DNA of 64,000 nt from an uncultured Dehalococcoidia bacterium (GCA_964625945.1 CAZVDP010000015.1:202542-266541), one strand, 5' to 3'; counted from the first letter of the stretch, positions 48,252 to 59,961 are shown. Numbers and translations: made by a program. The notes: generated from the letters alone by a model not told the origin.

Positions 48252-49403
48252 CTAGCTGGCAGCTACAACGCCTTTATCTTTCACAACCTGATCCACTTCT
48301 TCCATGAGCGCAGCAATCATTTGTGACGCCTCCACTACACGAGCTTTTTGACCTTTACGGAAGATCACGGCGCGCCCCGCACCAGCCGCAATTCCAACGT
48401 CCGCGTCTTTAGCTTCACCAGGACCATTCACTTCGCAACCCATTACCGCAACTTTCACAGGAACTTCTAGCCCTTTAACGAGTTCCTCAACGTCTTTCGC
48501 CAATTGAATGACATCAACATCCGCGCGTCCGCAAGAAGGACACGCAACTAACGTAGCGCCTTTCTCTCGGAGATTCAACGCTTTCAGAATATCAAAACCT
48601 GTTTTGACTTCATCTCGAGAATCACCATTGAGTGAAACTCGTATCGTATCCCCGATACCTTCATAGAGAAGATACCCCAATCCGACAGAGCTACGTATCG
48701 ACCCTGACATTAATGTCCCGGCTTCAGTAATCCCCAAATGTAAAGGGTAAGGGACCATTGAAGCCAAGCGACGGTACGCTTCAACCGTCGTAGGAACATC
48801 AAACGCCTTAAGAGAAATTTTAATCAAATCGAAATCCATATCTTCGAGAATTGTAATTTCCCATAAAGCCGTAGCCACCATGTGATCTACGATACTGTAC
48901 TCACCCTCAGCAACACTTCCCTCCTTGGGAAGCTGGTTCACCATGTCGTAGACCCTCGAGAATCCCCCCGTTTTTCCTATCCCACCAACTGGAGGGAGAC
49001 TTCCGAAGTTCACCCCAATTCGGATAGGTATCCCTCGCTCTTTCGCGGCCGAAACCACCTGCCTAACCTGATCTGGATTCCGCAAATTACCTGGGTTAAG
49101 CCGAAGACAGTCTACCCCTTGAGAAATTGCTTCCAGAGCTAGCTTATAGTGAAAATGAATATCCGCTATCAGAGGAATCCTAATCCGGCGCCTAATATCG
49201 CCCAAAGCCTGAGCAGCCTGCATATCAGGAACAGCGCATCTAATAATTTCACACCCCTCAGCCTCAAGAGCATGTATCTGTTTTACTGTAGCCTCGACAT
49301 CACGAGTATCAGTTTTGGTCATAGACTGCACCGTTATAGGCGCATCACCGCCAACTTTGACATTTCCGACATACACCGGCTTAGTAACGCGACGCTGCCT
49401 CAT
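48252..49403 (-). CDS. ispG: 4-hydroxy-3-methylbut-2-enyl diphosphate synthase
   Basis: VGNVKVGGDAPITVQSMTKTDT, the Cys ligand context ACPSCGR, and MGCEVNGPGEA. Confidence 0.93.
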   Translation of the reverse strand: MRQRRVTKPVYVGNVKVGGDAPITVQSMTKTDTRDVEATVKQIHALEAEGCEIIRCAVPDMQAAQALGDIRRRIRIPLIADIHFHYKLALEAISQGVDCLRLNPGNLRNPDQVRQVVSAAKERGIPIRIGVNFGSLPPVGGIGKTGGFSRVYDMVNQLPKEGSVAEGEYSIVDHMVATALWEITILEDMDFDLIKISLKAFDVPTTVEAYRRLASMVPYPLHLGITEAGTLMSGSIRSSVGLGYLLYEGIGDTIRVSLNGDSRDEVKTGFDILKALNLREKGATLVACPSCGRADVDVIQLAKDVEELVKGLEVPVKVAVMGCEVNGPGEAKDADVGIAAGAGRAVIFRKGQKARVVEASQMIAALMEEVDQVVKDKGVVAAS

Positions 49404-49417
49404 CTTTTCACCCCAAA

Positions 49418-50542
49418 CTATCCTAGCAGACTCTCTCCACGAACAATCCGCAAAACATCAAAATACGTTATCACTATAATAATACTAACTAGGACAACAA
49501 ATCCGACAAGATGGACAAATCCCTCTCTCTCAGGCTTTATGCGCTTACCCCTACGAACCCACTCTAAAAGCACAAAGATAAGTCGCCCTCCATCTAGAGC
49601 CGGTATCGGGAGGATATTTATTATCGCTAAATTTAGACTTAATAGGGCAGTTAACTCAAGAAGCGGCCTAAGACCGGCTTTCGCAACTTCACCACTGACC
49701 TGAGCGATCCCGACCGGCCCGGCAAATTGGGCTTTTTGGCTCCCAATGATCAACCCAAGCATCTCGTTACGAAACAATTTTAAGGTATCTAGGACTTTGC
49801 CGGCAGCTTGGGGAATAGCTTGCCAGATCGGTTCCGATCGAGTAACAAGACTGGGAGAGATAGTGGATATGACCACGCCAACATTCCCTTCGCCTTCCGG
49901 GGGATTCCAGCGCGGCTTCAGATACGTTGTTATCGCCTTTGTTTCAACAGGAGCCATCCGGGGAGTCAAGCCAGGATCCCCTCCCGAACCAACATTCCCA
50001 GTCATCCGATATTTTTCGCGCGTAATATCCCACTTTATCTCTTTCCCTAGATTTAAATGGATGCGTTGGGATAGCTGAGGAATATTCTTAATATCGGCTC
50101 CATCAACACGATTTACGAAGTCTCCTTCTCGCAATCCAGCCTGAGATGCTGGGGAATTTGGAGCAACCTCAATAACCTGTACTCGACCTTCAACTACTTT
50201 ATACGGTATAGACAGCATTAAAGTAAAAATAACCAAGGGCAGTAACACATTCATAAACGAACCAGCACTCAGAACAACAACCCTAGGAATAATCCCTCGA
50301 CTCGCGAGACTTCTTGGATCTGTAGGATCTTCCTCACCTAAAAGCCGGACGAACCCCCCTAGCGGTATGGCGTTAACTGAATATACGGTTTCTCCTTTAC
50401 GGATCGAGAAAAGCCGGGGGGGGAATCCTAGTCCAAATTCTAGGACTTTAACTCCATAGGCCTTCGCCGTCAGGAAATGTCCCAGCTCGTGCACCAAGAT
50501 AAGCGTGGTCAAAACACCAAGGAAAATCAGGGCTGTAATCAC
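49418..50542 (-). CDS. rseP: RseP/RIP M50 site-2 zinc metalloprotease
   Basis: HELGHF in the first TM helix, a PDZ-like middle region, and NILPIPALDGG. I placed the start at GTG 50542, which forms a GTGA overlap with the dxr stop (50539-50541). The tracked start at 50584 overlaps dxr by 46 nt. Confidence 0.88.
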   Translation of the reverse strand: MITALIFLGVLTTLILVHELGHFLTAKAYGVKVLEFGLGFPPRLFSIRKGETVYSVNAIPLGGFVRLLGEEDPTDPRSLASRGIIPRVVVLSAGSFMNVLLPLVIFTLMLSIPYKVVEGRVQVIEVAPNSPASQAGLREGDFVNRVDGADIKNIPQLSQRIHLNLGKEIKWDITREKYRMTGNVGSGGDPGLTPRMAPVETKAITTYLKPRWNPPEGEGNVGVVISTISPSLVTRSEPIWQAIPQAAGKVLDTLKLFRNEMLGLIIGSQKAQFAGPVGIAQVSGEVAKAGLRPLLELTALLSLNLAIINILPIPALDGGRLIFVLLEWVRRGKRIKPEREGFVHLVGFVVLVSIIIVITYFDVLRIVRGESLLG

Positions 50543-51678
50543 GTTATACTCAGTGCCACTTCTTGGGCGATCCTGCGGGCCCAAGAATCGGTCTCTAAGA
50601 TTTGCTCCAAAGTAGGATGCGAATACGCGAGATGGCGGTCGATAACAGCATCCACGATCCGATGGATGTCGGTGAACCCCACCCGCTTCTGGAGAAACAG
50701 ATCGACAGCAATTTCATCGGCAGCACTGAGCACTGCTGGATATGTTCCGCCCTTCTTACCCGCAGCCAGAGCCAAGCTGAAACATGGGTATCGTGCAGAA
50801 TCCATCGGCTCAAACGTTAACGTTCCAAATTCAGCAGGATTAAACGGTTTAAATCCCAGACTTTCTGGCCTCCGCGGGTAGAACATCGCATATTGAATCG
50901 GCAGCCGCATATCCGGCCAACCAAGCTGGGCTTTTACAGACCCATCGTTAAACTCCACCATGGCATGCACGATACTTTGCGGGTGAATAACAACATCCAA
51001 TTTGTCCCACGGTACTCCGAACAGCCAATGGGCTTCGATTACCTCAAACCCTTTGTTCATTAAAGTGGCAGAATCGATCGTGATTTTATTCCCCATGCGC
51101 CATGTCGGATGACGAAGCGCTTCCTCTAATGTCACTGACTCTAGCTCTTCTATAGGTCGCTCACGAAAAGGGCCACCAGAAGCAGTTATGATTAGACGAC
51201 GTATAGCTGTATCAGCATCTTCTCCTCTGAGGCACTGCCAGACAGCACTGGGTTCACTATCTACAGGGAGAAGTTGGCCTCCGTGATCTTCACAAGCTTG
51301 CATAATCAATCCGCCAGCCATGACGATAGGCTCTTTGTTTGCTAAGGCGACCTGCTTACCAGCTCGAAGAGCCTTGATTGTGGGATTTAGGCCTGTACCG
51401 CCGACCAAGCCCTGAACGACTAAGTCTACCTCGTTGTGCACGACCATCTCATCTAGCTGTTCGACGTAGTGTGCGTCCGAAGGGAGACTCGGAATAAAGT
51501 CATTGGACCGGCAGAAAACCATCTTGGGCTTGAATTCCTTGACTTGCTCGTGCAAACGCTCCAGGTTGTTCCACGCAGAAAGCCCAATCACCTCAAATTC
51601 CCCTGGGAATGCCCGAACCACATTCAGCGTTTGTGTGCCGATCGAGCCCGTGGATCCAAGAATGACTATTCGTTTCAT
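50539..51678 (-). CDS. dxr: 1-deoxy-D-xylulose 5-phosphate reductoisomerase
   Basis: MKRIVILGSTGSIGTQTL, LANKE, HPTWRMG, IHPQSIVH. Confidence 0.95.
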   Translation of the reverse strand: MKRIVILGSTGSIGTQTLNVVRAFPGEFEVIGLSAWNNLERLHEQVKEFKPKMVFCRSNDFIPSLPSDAHYVEQLDEMVVHNEVDLVVQGLVGGTGLNPTIKALRAGKQVALANKEPIVMAGGLIMQACEDHGGQLLPVDSEPSAVWQCLRGEDADTAIRRLIITASGGPFRERPIEELESVTLEEALRHPTWRMGNKITIDSATLMNKGFEVIEAHWLFGVPWDKLDVVIHPQSIVHAMVEFNDGSVKAQLGWPDMRLPIQYAMFYPRRPESLGFKPFNPAEFGTLTFEPMDSARYPCFSLALAAGKKGGTYPAVLSAADEIAVDLFLQKRVGFTDIHRIVDAVIDRHLAYSHPTLEQILETDSWARRIAQEVALSIT

Positions 51679-51706
51679 GATCGATCAGGAAGATTCGTTG
51701 CGAATT

Positions 51707-52492
51707 TCAGTCCAGCCATACCGCGAAATAGTATAGCACCACTAATACGAACACAATGGAGTCAAGTCGATCTAACACCCCTCCGTGACCTGGGAGAAGA
51801 CGCCCCGATTGCTTGACGCCGACTGCACGTTTCATTGACGACTCCACCAGATCGCCAATCTGGCTGACAAATCCTATAGTAACTCCGATCATGACAGCCT
51901 CCCATGAGACTAGAGGTAAACCAAGCACCAGCGAAAGAATCACGCACGCCCCTACACCTGCCAAGCCACCACCGATCGCGCCTTCCCAAGTTTTACCTGG
52001 GCTGATGTTTGGAGCTAAGCTACGTCGACCAAATGCTTTTCCTACCAAGAATGCCCCAGAATCCACCGCGAAAGTCGTAAGTAGAGCCATCAGAAGCCAT
52101 TCAGAGCCATTTTCCAAGCTACGCATCAATAGAGCGTACGATAGTGGAATCCCAAGATAGAGTGGGCCAATTATTGAAACCACGAATATGGGAGTCAAGT
52201 CAGTTCGATACCCACGGAATAATATTAACCCCAACGTCGCTAATAGGCCGAAACTCACAACCGGGAGCGTGTAAACGCCATCAAAATGTCCGTTGACAAG
52301 AATCGCCGTTAGCCATACCAAACTGAATCCGAAGAGAGAGATGTCTAAACGGGCCAAGAAGAGGCGATAAAACTCCCAAAGTGCGCACGCCGCCAGTGCC
52401 ACCACCATTATGACAAGTAGAGGAGCCCCCAAGATTACGGATATCAGAATCAGCGGAAGCCCGATTAATGTTGTCCCTAGACGTAGAGCCAC
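51707..52492 (-). CDS. cdsA: Phosphatidate cytidylyltransferase
   Basis: 261-aa polytopic protein with the C-terminal CDS signature SMKRAVGVKQSGRLLPGHGGVLDRLDS. Confidence 0.9.
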   Translation of the reverse strand: MALRLGTTLIGLPLILISVILGAPLLVIMVVALAACALWEFYRLFLARLDISLFGFSLVWLTAILVNGHFDGVYTLPVVSFGLLATLGLILFRGYRTDLTPIFVVSIIGPLYLGIPLSYALLMRSLENGSEWLLMALLTTFAVDSGAFLVGKAFGRRSLAPNISPGKTWEGAIGGGLAGVGACVILSLVLGLPLVSWEAVMIGVTIGFVSQIGDLVESSMKRAVGVKQSGRLLPGHGGVLDRLDSIVFVLVVLYYFAVWLD

Positions 52493-52518
52493 AAATCTCC
52501 AGTTAAATCGACTTCGAC

Positions 52519-53232
52519 CTATATGCCTCCGAAGCGACGCTGTCTCCTTTTGTAATCGTTGATCGCTTGACTGACCTCAGTATCATCAAAGTCTGGCCAA
52601 AGAACGGAGGTAAAATAGTACTCACTATATGCGGCCTGCCATAAAAGAAAGTTGCTAAGCCTTTGCTCTCCGCCCGTGCGTATAATTAGATCAGGGTCTG
52701 GTATATGCTCAGTATAGAGATAATTGGCAAACATACTGACATTCAAACTCTCAGGCCTAACTCCCTCAGCAAGGATGCGAGCTATCGCAGCGAGAATTTC
52801 GTCTCGACTGCCGTAATCGAAAGCAATGCTTAAAGTCAATCCATCGTTATTTTGGGTGAGACAAATTGCTTCTTCAACCGAACGCCTCAGTGCTGTTCCC
52901 AAGTGATCCAATCGCCCTAAATGCCTCAACCGTATGTTGTCATTATGTAGACCAAGAAGTTCTCGATCTAAAACGTCCCGCAGAATCCCCAAGATCCCAC
53001 GCACTTCCGCGGAAGGCCTCCGCCAATTCTCCGTAGAAAACGCGTAGAGCGTTAAATACCGTACCCCTTCTTCAGCCATTTGCCTAGCGACCATTCGGAT
53101 GTTCTCTGTTCCTGCTTTGTGCCCTTCCCGCCGCTTAAGCCCACGCTGCTTAGCCCAGCGTCCATTCCCATCCATTATAATCGCGACATGCCCAGGGGTA
53201 GAAGAACTCGACGGATGTTTTGAAAGCTTCAC
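52519..53232 (-). CDS. uppS: Isoprenyl transferase (undecaprenyl diphosphate synthase family)
   Basis: HVAIIMDGNGRWA, LTLYAFSTENWRRP, IRTGGEQRLSNFLLWQAAYSE. Confidence 0.93.
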   Translation of the reverse strand: MKLSKHPSSSSTPGHVAIIMDGNGRWAKQRGLKRREGHKAGTENIRMVARQMAEEGVRYLTLYAFSTENWRRPSAEVRGILGILRDVLDRELLGLHNDNIRLRHLGRLDHLGTALRRSVEEAICLTQNNDGLTLSIAFDYGSRDEILAAIARILAEGVRPESLNVSMFANYLYTEHIPDPDLIIRTGGEQRLSNFLLWQAAYSEYYFTSVLWPDFDDTEVSQAINDYKRRQRRFGGI

Positions 53233-53259
53233 CTTGGATTCCTTAGCGCGGTTTCCGAA

Positions 53260-53829
53260 TTAAACCTCTAGAACTTCGGTCTCTTTGGCGACACCGATAG
53301 CATTGATCTGTTCTATCCACGCATCAGTTACCCGCTGTAGGGCCTCCTGCGCGCGCCTTCCATCATCTTGTGAAAGCGCTTTCTCACGTTCCATCGAACG
53401 CAATTTGTCCAAAACATCACGCCGGACGTTTCTGATGGATAGTCGGGCGTCTTCCACTCTCCTCTTGACTACTCGAACTAGCTCTTTGCGTCGTTCTTCT
53501 GTAGGAATAGGGAGAGTGATTCGGATAACCGTACCGTCATTATTGGGAGTGATCCCCAACTCAGACTTTAAGAGTGCTTTTTCGATCGCCGCTATCGCGC
53601 TCTTATCCCAAGGCTGGATCACAAGGAGCCTAGCCTCAGGACTACTAACTGCTGCGACATGAGTTATCGGGGTTGGCGTCCCATAATAGTCCACTAGGAT
53701 GTTCTCGACCAGCGCTGGACTCGCTCGACCCGTCCTTATAGCATTCAAATCCCTCCGTAGTGCTTCCCGAGACTGGCCCATTAGCCCTTCTCCCTCGTTA
53801 ATTACTACTTGGGTATCCACTACATTCAC
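53260..53829 (-). CDS. frr: Ribosome recycling factor
   Basis: LNAIRTGRASPALVENILVDYYG, and a size of 189 aa. Confidence 0.93.
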   Translation of the reverse strand: MNVVDTQVVINEGEGLMGQSREALRRDLNAIRTGRASPALVENILVDYYGTPTPITHVAAVSSPEARLLVIQPWDKSAIAAIEKALLKSELGITPNNDGTVIRITLPIPTEERRKELVRVVKRRVEDARLSIRNVRRDVLDKLRSMEREKALSQDDGRRAQEALQRVTDAWIEQINAIGVAKETEVLEV

Positions 53830-53836
53830 TCCTAAA

Positions 53837-54589
<753 letters not shown>

Positions 54590-55096
54590 CTATTCTTCGC
54601 CCAAAGCGAATCGCACGAAGCGTTTGACTTGGATATTTTCACCGATTTTCCCACGTGCATCGTTAATCAGGTCGTTGATTGTCCGACCTTGATCCTTAAT
54701 AAACGGCTGGTACAGCAGGGAATCCTGTGCAGGCGTCAATGAAGCATCATCCCCGAATTGGTCGGGGGAAATGTACCGTGGAGACATCGCGGCCACTTGC
54801 ATGGCTAAGTCATGAGCGAGAGATCTAAACTCGTCTGTCCGAGCAACAAAGTCCGTCTCACAATTTAACTCTACGATCGCACCAATTCGGCCACCACCGT
54901 GGATATAAGCTTCTATGATCCCCTCGTTAGTCGTTTTCTCACTTCGCTTGGTCGCCGCTTCAAAACCCTTTGTGCGGAGAATCTTATGTGCCTCCTCGAT
55001 ATCTCCCCCGCTATCCTCCAAAGCTGTTCGACAATCCATAACGCCTGCGCCCGATAGCTCACGGAGTGCCTTAATCGATTCAACATTCACAGTCAT
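54590..55096 (-). CDS. tsf: Translation elongation factor Ts (short form, 168 aa)
   Basis: N-terminal UBA-like IKALRELSGAGVMDCRTALE, GRIGAIVELNCETDFVARTDEF. Sits between rpsB and pyrH. Confidence 0.9.
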   Translation of the reverse strand: MTVNVESIKALRELSGAGVMDCRTALEDSGGDIEEAHKILRTKGFEAATKRSEKTTNEGIIEAYIHGGGRIGAIVELNCETDFVARTDEFRSLAHDLAMQVAAMSPRYISPDQFGDDASLTPAQDSLLYQPFIKDQGRTINDLINDARGKIGENIQVKRFVRFALGEE

Positions 55097-55227
55097 ATTT
55101 CGCCCCTCAAGTTAGTGCCTACCCTACAGGGAAATCGAAAATTGCGATTTATGGGAAATTTACTTACTCAGCGGTCGGACTCTAGTGCCTGCTCGCCTAT
55201 GCCTTCGATTCCGTACAGAAACCGCCC

Positions 55228-56049
55228 TTAATAGGACTCCGACGGCTCATCCGACAAATCTGCCGCGATTGCCTCTTCCTCAAGCGATTCCAATTGAAGT
55301 TGCTGTTCTTTTTCTTTACGCAAGTGCTTTCCATAGATTACAGCATCTCCAATACGGCTAGCGACCAAGCGGATAGATCGAATTGCATCGTCATTGCCAG
55401 GAATCGGATAGTCAACTATCGAAGGATCACAATCTGTATCGACCAAAGCCACGGTCGGAATCCTCATCTTTCGTGCTTCAGCAACTGCTATATTTTCACG
55501 ACCTAAGTCTATAATTACGAGGACGCTGGGGAGCGTTGAAAGCCCTTGAACACCTCTCAAGTATTTTTGCAATCGATGAAGCTCGTCACTTACACGTAAA
55601 GCATCTTTTTTAGGCAAATTCTGGAATCCATCCCGATCAAACTGCTGTTGCAGGCTGTTCAGACGATCAATGCGTGGCTTGATGGTCTGCCAATTGGTGA
55701 GGGTCCCACCAAGCCATCTCTGGTTAATATAAAACATGCCACACCGTATCGCCTCAGCTTCAACAGTTTCCTGGGCTTGCTTCTTGGTTCCTACAAATAA
55801 GACCGTCCCACCATTACTAACCAATTCAGTAATATACTCGGCACTACGCTCGAGTCGCGCCAATGTTTGTTGAAGGTCAATGATATGAATGCCGTTGCGC
55901 TGCGTGAAAATAAATCGCTTCATTCTCGGCTGCCACCGTCGGGTTTGATGACCGAAGTGAACACCGGCTTCAAGCAATGATTTCATACTCGTCGGCTCAG
56001 GACGTTTCCCTAGCTCTTCGGTTACTTCCACAATCGTCGTTTGCTCCAT
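55228..56049 (-). CDS. rpsB: 30S ribosomal protein S2
   Basis: [33 protein letters not shown] 56049 (MEQTT) is preceded by a GGAAGG-like SD with an 8-nt spacer. The tracked GTG 56067 has none. The start is uncertain within 18 nt. Confidence 0.92.
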   Translation of the reverse strand: MEQTTIVEVTEELGKRPEPTSMKSLLEAGVHFGHQTRRWQPRMKRFIFTQRNGIHIIDLQQTLARLERSAEYITELVSNGGTVLFVGTKKQAQETVEAEAIRCGMFYINQRWLGGTLTNWQTIKPRIDRLNSLQQQFDRDGFQNLPKKDALRVSDELHRLQKYLRGVQGLSTLPSVLVIIDLGRENIAVAEARKMRIPTVALVDTDCDPSIVDYPIPGNDDAIRSIRLVASRIGDAVIYGKHLRKEKEQQLQLESLEEEAIAADLSDEPSESY

Positions 56050-56164
56050 GGGTACTGCCTTCCGCACGTTTTATATCCGCGCATCAACACTGCTCGTCAT
56101 CAAGCAGTTTCGGACCAAGGCGGAGTATAGCATACGCTTCGAATACGGAGCAACGATGGGCGTA

Positions 56165-56173
56165 TGTTAGAAT
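56165..56173 (+). promoter_or_regulatory. Possible extended -10 element (TGtTAGAAT) upstream of the methyltransferase-copA unit
   Basis: TG at 56165-56166, one nt, then TAGAAT at 56168-56173, 30 nt upstream of ATG 56204. No convincing -35 element. Confidence 0.25.
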
Positions 56174-56203
56174 CGAATAATTCCCAACAGCGGACAATGT
56201 CAT

Positions 56204-57001
56204 ATGGATGATTGTGGCGGTTACCAAGACAATGAGTTCGTGCCAGAGTTCTATGACCATATTCTGGCTTATCAAGACCCCCTCAACCTAGCATTTTATA
56301 AAGGGCTAGCGAGATCAGCCGAGGGGGCGGTTTTAGAATTAGGATGCGGCACCGGCCGGTTAATGATCCCGATGGCCCCCTACTGCCAGTCAATAACTGG
56401 CCTAGATCTGTCTAGTCGTATGCTAGATATTTGCAGAAAGAAAATCCTCCAACTACCTGACGATATCCGACAAAAAATTCAATTGGTTCACGGCGACATG
56501 CGTAATTTCAATATTGATTCATCATTTTCACTAATTACTATCCCATTCTTGACTTTCATGCATCTCCTTGAGGTTGACGATCAGATTGCCTGCCTTGAAC
56601 GGGCGCATTCACATCTGACGTCAGGGGGAAAGCTAGTAGTCGACATGTTCAACCCCGATCTTCAGCGCCTCACCGATCACAGAATCGGCCAAGAGGGAGC
56701 CCGAGAGCCGCCCTTTCTCTTGCCTGACGGAAGGGAAATAGTAAGGCAATTCAGAGACGTGTCAATTGACCTACATGGCCAAATCTTACAAGCAGAAATC
56801 ATCTATAATGTCTCGCACCGGAGCGGACTGACCGAGAGATTAGTACACTCGTTTCCTTACCGCTACTTCTTCCGCTATGAGTTGGAGCATCTCTTAGCTC
56901 GATGCGGTTTTGAAGTGGAAAGTGTTTATAGCGATTTTGACGGGAGTCCATACGGTGCCGGATACCCAGGCGAATTGATTGTCTCATCCAGAAAAGTGTA
57001 A
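56204..57001 (+). CDS. Class I SAM-dependent methyltransferase
   Basis: Motif I VLELGCGTGRL, followed by GLDLS and HGDMRNF. Confidence 0.8.
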   Translation: MDDCGGYQDNEFVPEFYDHILAYQDPLNLAFYKGLARSAEGAVLELGCGTGRLMIPMAPYCQSITGLDLSSRMLDICRKKILQLPDDIRQKIQLVHGDMRNFNIDSSFSLITIPFLTFMHLLEVDDQIACLERAHSHLTSGGKLVVDMFNPDLQRLTDHRIGQEGAREPPFLLPDGREIVRQFRDVSIDLHGQILQAEIIYNVSHRSGLTERLVHSFPYRYFFRYELEHLLARCGFEVESVYSDFDGSPYGAGYPGELIVSSRKV

Positions 57002-57042
57002 CCGGAACCATTAAATTTACGTAGACCCGTATCACCTAAAAT

Positions 57043-59361
57043 ATGTCTACCACAACAAACATTGACAGACTCAGTTTACGAATCGGCGGAATGACGTGCG
57101 CAGCCTGCGTCTATCATGTGGAAAAGGCACTATTCGCGGTCGACGGTGTGCATACCGTCAGCGTTAACCTCGCTACTGAAAAAGCGTTAGTCGAGTTCGA
57201 TGTAAATTCTGCTTCTGTTTCACAGTTCACTCGAGCTATTGAGGATGCTGGATATTCAATACCAGAAGAACTTTCCTTCGAAGAACATGAGGCAGCTTCA
57301 AAAAGAAATCGTTTCGAGATCAAGGTTAAATGGGTTTTTAGCTTAGCTACAGCGGCCGTCATCATGTTGAGCATGTTTACTTTAGGAGTGAACCAAGCTT
57401 ATGGCTCCCAAATAAATTTCCTCTTTTGGTTCTTGGCAACTCCGGTCCAATTTTGGGCTGGAAAGCAATTTTATCAACATGCTTGGTCAGCACTCAAACG
57501 AAAGTCCTCCGATATGAACACCCTCGTCGTTATAGGAACGTCGGTGGCATATTTTTACAGTGTCGCTGCAACCCTCTTCTATAACGCGGTTTTCTTTGCC
57601 GAAGCACGGTCCTTCCACGGGCACAGCTTCTTCGATCACGGAACAGGAACTTATTTCGACATCTCTTCAACACTTATAGGACTCATTCTGTTTGGGAGAT
57701 GGCTTGAGGCCAGAGCAAAGAGCCGAACAACTAGCTCGATTCGGGAACTCATTCAAGATGAAGCGGCGATTGTGCGCGTTTCTCGTCATGATATCCAACT
57801 GGACGTCCCAGTATCTGAAATCACCCTCGAAGATGTGGTCATGATCCGTCCAGGAGAACAAGTCCCTGTCGATGGGGTCATAATTGAGGGAGCATCGGCG
57901 ATCGACGAGTCGATGCTGACCGGCGAGAGCATTCCCGTTGCAAAAGATCCGGGAGATAGGGTGTACGGTAGAACCATCAATCAGAACGGTAGTTTCTGGT
58001 TCCGTGTCACACAAGTCGGGCAAGACACCGTCATAGCACGAATACTCCGCATGGTAGAAGAGGCTCAGGGTTCCAAAGCTCCAATCCAGCGCTATGTAGA
58101 CATTGTAGCGTCCTACTTCGTTCCAGCCGTAATGCTAGTGGCAACGGCATCTTTTCTGGCTTGGTACGCTTACGGACCTCCGCCTGCTATAACATATGGG
58201 TTGCTAAGCTCAGTTGCTGTCCTAATAATCGCTTGCCCTTGCGCACTAGGCTTGGCAACGCCAACGGCAATCATGGTAGGAATGGGAAAGGGAGCAGACT
58301 ACGGAATATTGATCAGCAACGCGGAGACTCTAGAAAAGGCCAATCATGTGACAACGATTGTTCTCGACAAAACTGGAACATTGACCTATGGAAGGCCCGT
58401 CGTCACCGACATAATCGGCACAGTCAGTGACGATATTCTACTTAAGCTTGCAGCATCTGTAGAGCTCGTATCAGAACACCCTATTGGAAAAGCAATCATC
58501 GATAAAGCAGAAGCACGCGGATTAGTGGTTGACAACCCCACTAGCTTTGAAGCCTTCCCAGGTCTCGGGGTGACGGCTTATCTCAATGGTGAAGAAATCA
58601 TTGTCGGGAATAGCCGCTTGCTAGAAGTTCGTGGGATTAACTTTGCACATATGTTGCCAACTTGGGAAAAGCTTACGCTTGAGGGAAAAACCCCCGTGTT
58701 TGTCTCACGCGACAATGCCATCATAGGCATTGTCGCCGTTTCAGACACGCTGAAACCCGAAGCAGAATCAGTCGTAAACCTCCTAAAACGAACTGGACGC
58801 CAAGTTAACATCATTACCGGGGATAATTGGGGAACCGCAACCGCGTTAGCCAAACGCCTAGACATCTCAAATTACCGAGCGGAAGTACTTCCCATGGAGA
58901 AAGCTGAATTTATAAGACAACTCCAAACCGAGGGTGAAATCGTCGCTATGGTTGGCGACGGGATTAACGATGCTCCTGCGCTTGCCCAAGCAGACGTTGG
59001 AATAGCAATGAGCAACGGGACTGATATTGCTATCGAGGCGTCAACCGTCACCCTTCTGAACGGCGACCTAAAAGGTATCCATACAACCTTCAGGCTTAGC
59101 TCAGCAACACTATCCACGATCCGCTGGAACCTTTTCTGGGCTTTCGTCTACAATGTGGCACTTATTCCAATAGCAGCTGGAGTTTTGTATCCTGTTTTCC
59201 TGGAACTTGGTGGAGTGCCTTGGACACTACGCCCATTTCTAGGCGACATGGGATTCTTGAACCCCGTCCTAGCCGCTCTCGCGATGGCATTCAGTTCTGT
59301 CTCCGTCGTGAGTAATTCACTGCGATTAAGACACTTTTCTGTAACACACGATCGCCATTAA
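57043..59361 (+). CDS. copA: Copper-translocating P1B-type ATPase
   Basis: N-terminal HMA domain [20 protein letters not shown] motif ([13 protein letters not shown]), [15 protein letters not shown]. Confidence 0.93.
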   Translation: MSTTTNIDRLSLRIGGMTCAACVYHVEKALFAVDGVHTVSVNLATEKALVEFDVNSASVSQFTRAIEDAGYSIPEELSFEEHEAASKRNRFEIKVKWVFSLATAAVIMLSMFTLGVNQAYGSQINFLFWFLATPVQFWAGKQFYQHAWSALKRKSSDMNTLVVIGTSVAYFYSVAATLFYNAVFFAEARSFHGHSFFDHGTGTYFDISSTLIGLILFGRWLEARAKSRTTSSIRELIQDEAAIVRVSRHDIQLDVPVSEITLEDVVMIRPGEQVPVDGVIIEGASAIDESMLTGESIPVAKDPGDRVYGRTINQNGSFWFRVTQVGQDTVIARILRMVEEAQGSKAPIQRYVDIVASYFVPAVMLVATASFLAWYAYGPPPAITYGLLSSVAVLIIACPCALGLATPTAIMVGMGKGADYGILISNAETLEKANHVTTIVLDKTGTLTYGRPVVTDIIGTVSDDILLKLAASVELVSEHPIGKAIIDKAEARGLVVDNPTSFEAFPGLGVTAYLNGEEIIVGNSRLLEVRGINFAHMLPTWEKLTLEGKTPVFVSRDNAIIGIVAVSDTLKPEAESVVNLLKRTGRQVNIITGDNWGTATALAKRLDISNYRAEVLPMEKAEFIRQLQTEGEIVAMVGDGINDAPALAQADVGIAMSNGTDIAIEASTVTLLNGDLKGIHTTFRLSSATLSTIRWNLFWAFVYNVALIPIAAGVLYPVFLELGGVPWTLRPFLGDMGFLNPVLAALAMAFSSVSVVSNSLRLRHFSVTHDRH

Positions 59362-59373
59362 AGGAGGTGCGCC

Positions 59374-59586
59374 TTGATCGGAAGAATCATAGGATTGATA
59401 CACCAAAAAGAGAGAGCAGAGGATCCTGTTTGCCACATGCTCGTTGATCCAAGCAAGCCTCCCGGAGGATCTTATACTTATCAAGACAACACCTACTATT
59501 TTTGCGGCGCTGGATGTCGAGTAGCCTTCTCCAAAGAACCCGATTCTTACCTTTCTGGCGAAAAGCGTATCGATATGGGAAGTTAA
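59374..59586 (+). CDS. YHS/TRASH-domain metal-binding protein
   Basis: 70 aa. DPVCHMLVD...YYFCGAGCRVAF fits the YHS/TRASH pattern. 12-nt gap after copA. Confidence 0.75.
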   Translation: MIGRIIGLIHQKERAEDPVCHMLVDPSKPPGGSYTYQDNTYYFCGAGCRVAFSKEPDSYLSGEKRIDMGS

Positions 59587-59685
59587 CGATTATATGCCAG
59601 TAAGTCGCGAGTAACGATCCACGCACGGTCATCCCCAACAAACTGATGGGTTTACGGAACCGATCGGTGCGGGTACACTAAGCCA

Positions 59686-59943
59686 TTGGTATCGATGAGA
59701 GGTGTTAATTTGGCTGAGCCCACCACGCTAACTATCTACACCCATCCTGAATGCGACTACTCCCAAGCGGCAAAAGCTGATATGGAGCGTGACGGCATCC
59801 CTTTTACTGAAATTGATGTAACTGTGTCGCCAGGCGCCATTGCTGAACTTGAACGACTGACGGGCGGTGAACGAATCACTCCAGTGATCGTTGAAGGAGA
59901 ATTGGTAACGGTAGGCTATGGCGGCGTAGGCTGAGGCTTCTAG
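59686..59943 (+). CDS. Glutaredoxin-like selenoprotein candidate ending U-G-F-stop (Uxx-star type); TGA 59932-59934 read as Sec
   Basis: Grx/NrdH-like fold with a CxxS motif (IYTHPECDYS), IPFTEIDV and TPVIVEGELVTVGYGG. In-frame TGA, then GGC TTC TAG. A SECIS-like hairpin starts 1 nt after the TAG. The start is uncertain (TTG 59686, ATG 59695, or TTG 59710 after AGAGGTG). Confidence 0.72.
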
Positions 59944-59944
59944 C

Positions 59945-59961
59945 CAGAGCCGTCGGCTCTG
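59945..59961 (+). promoter_or_regulatory. SECIS-like stem-loop for the Uxx-star gene
   Basis: Perfect 7-bp stem CAGAGCC/GGCTCTG with apical GUC. The loop G (59952) is 20 nt downstream of the U of UGA (59932). Confidence 0.6.
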
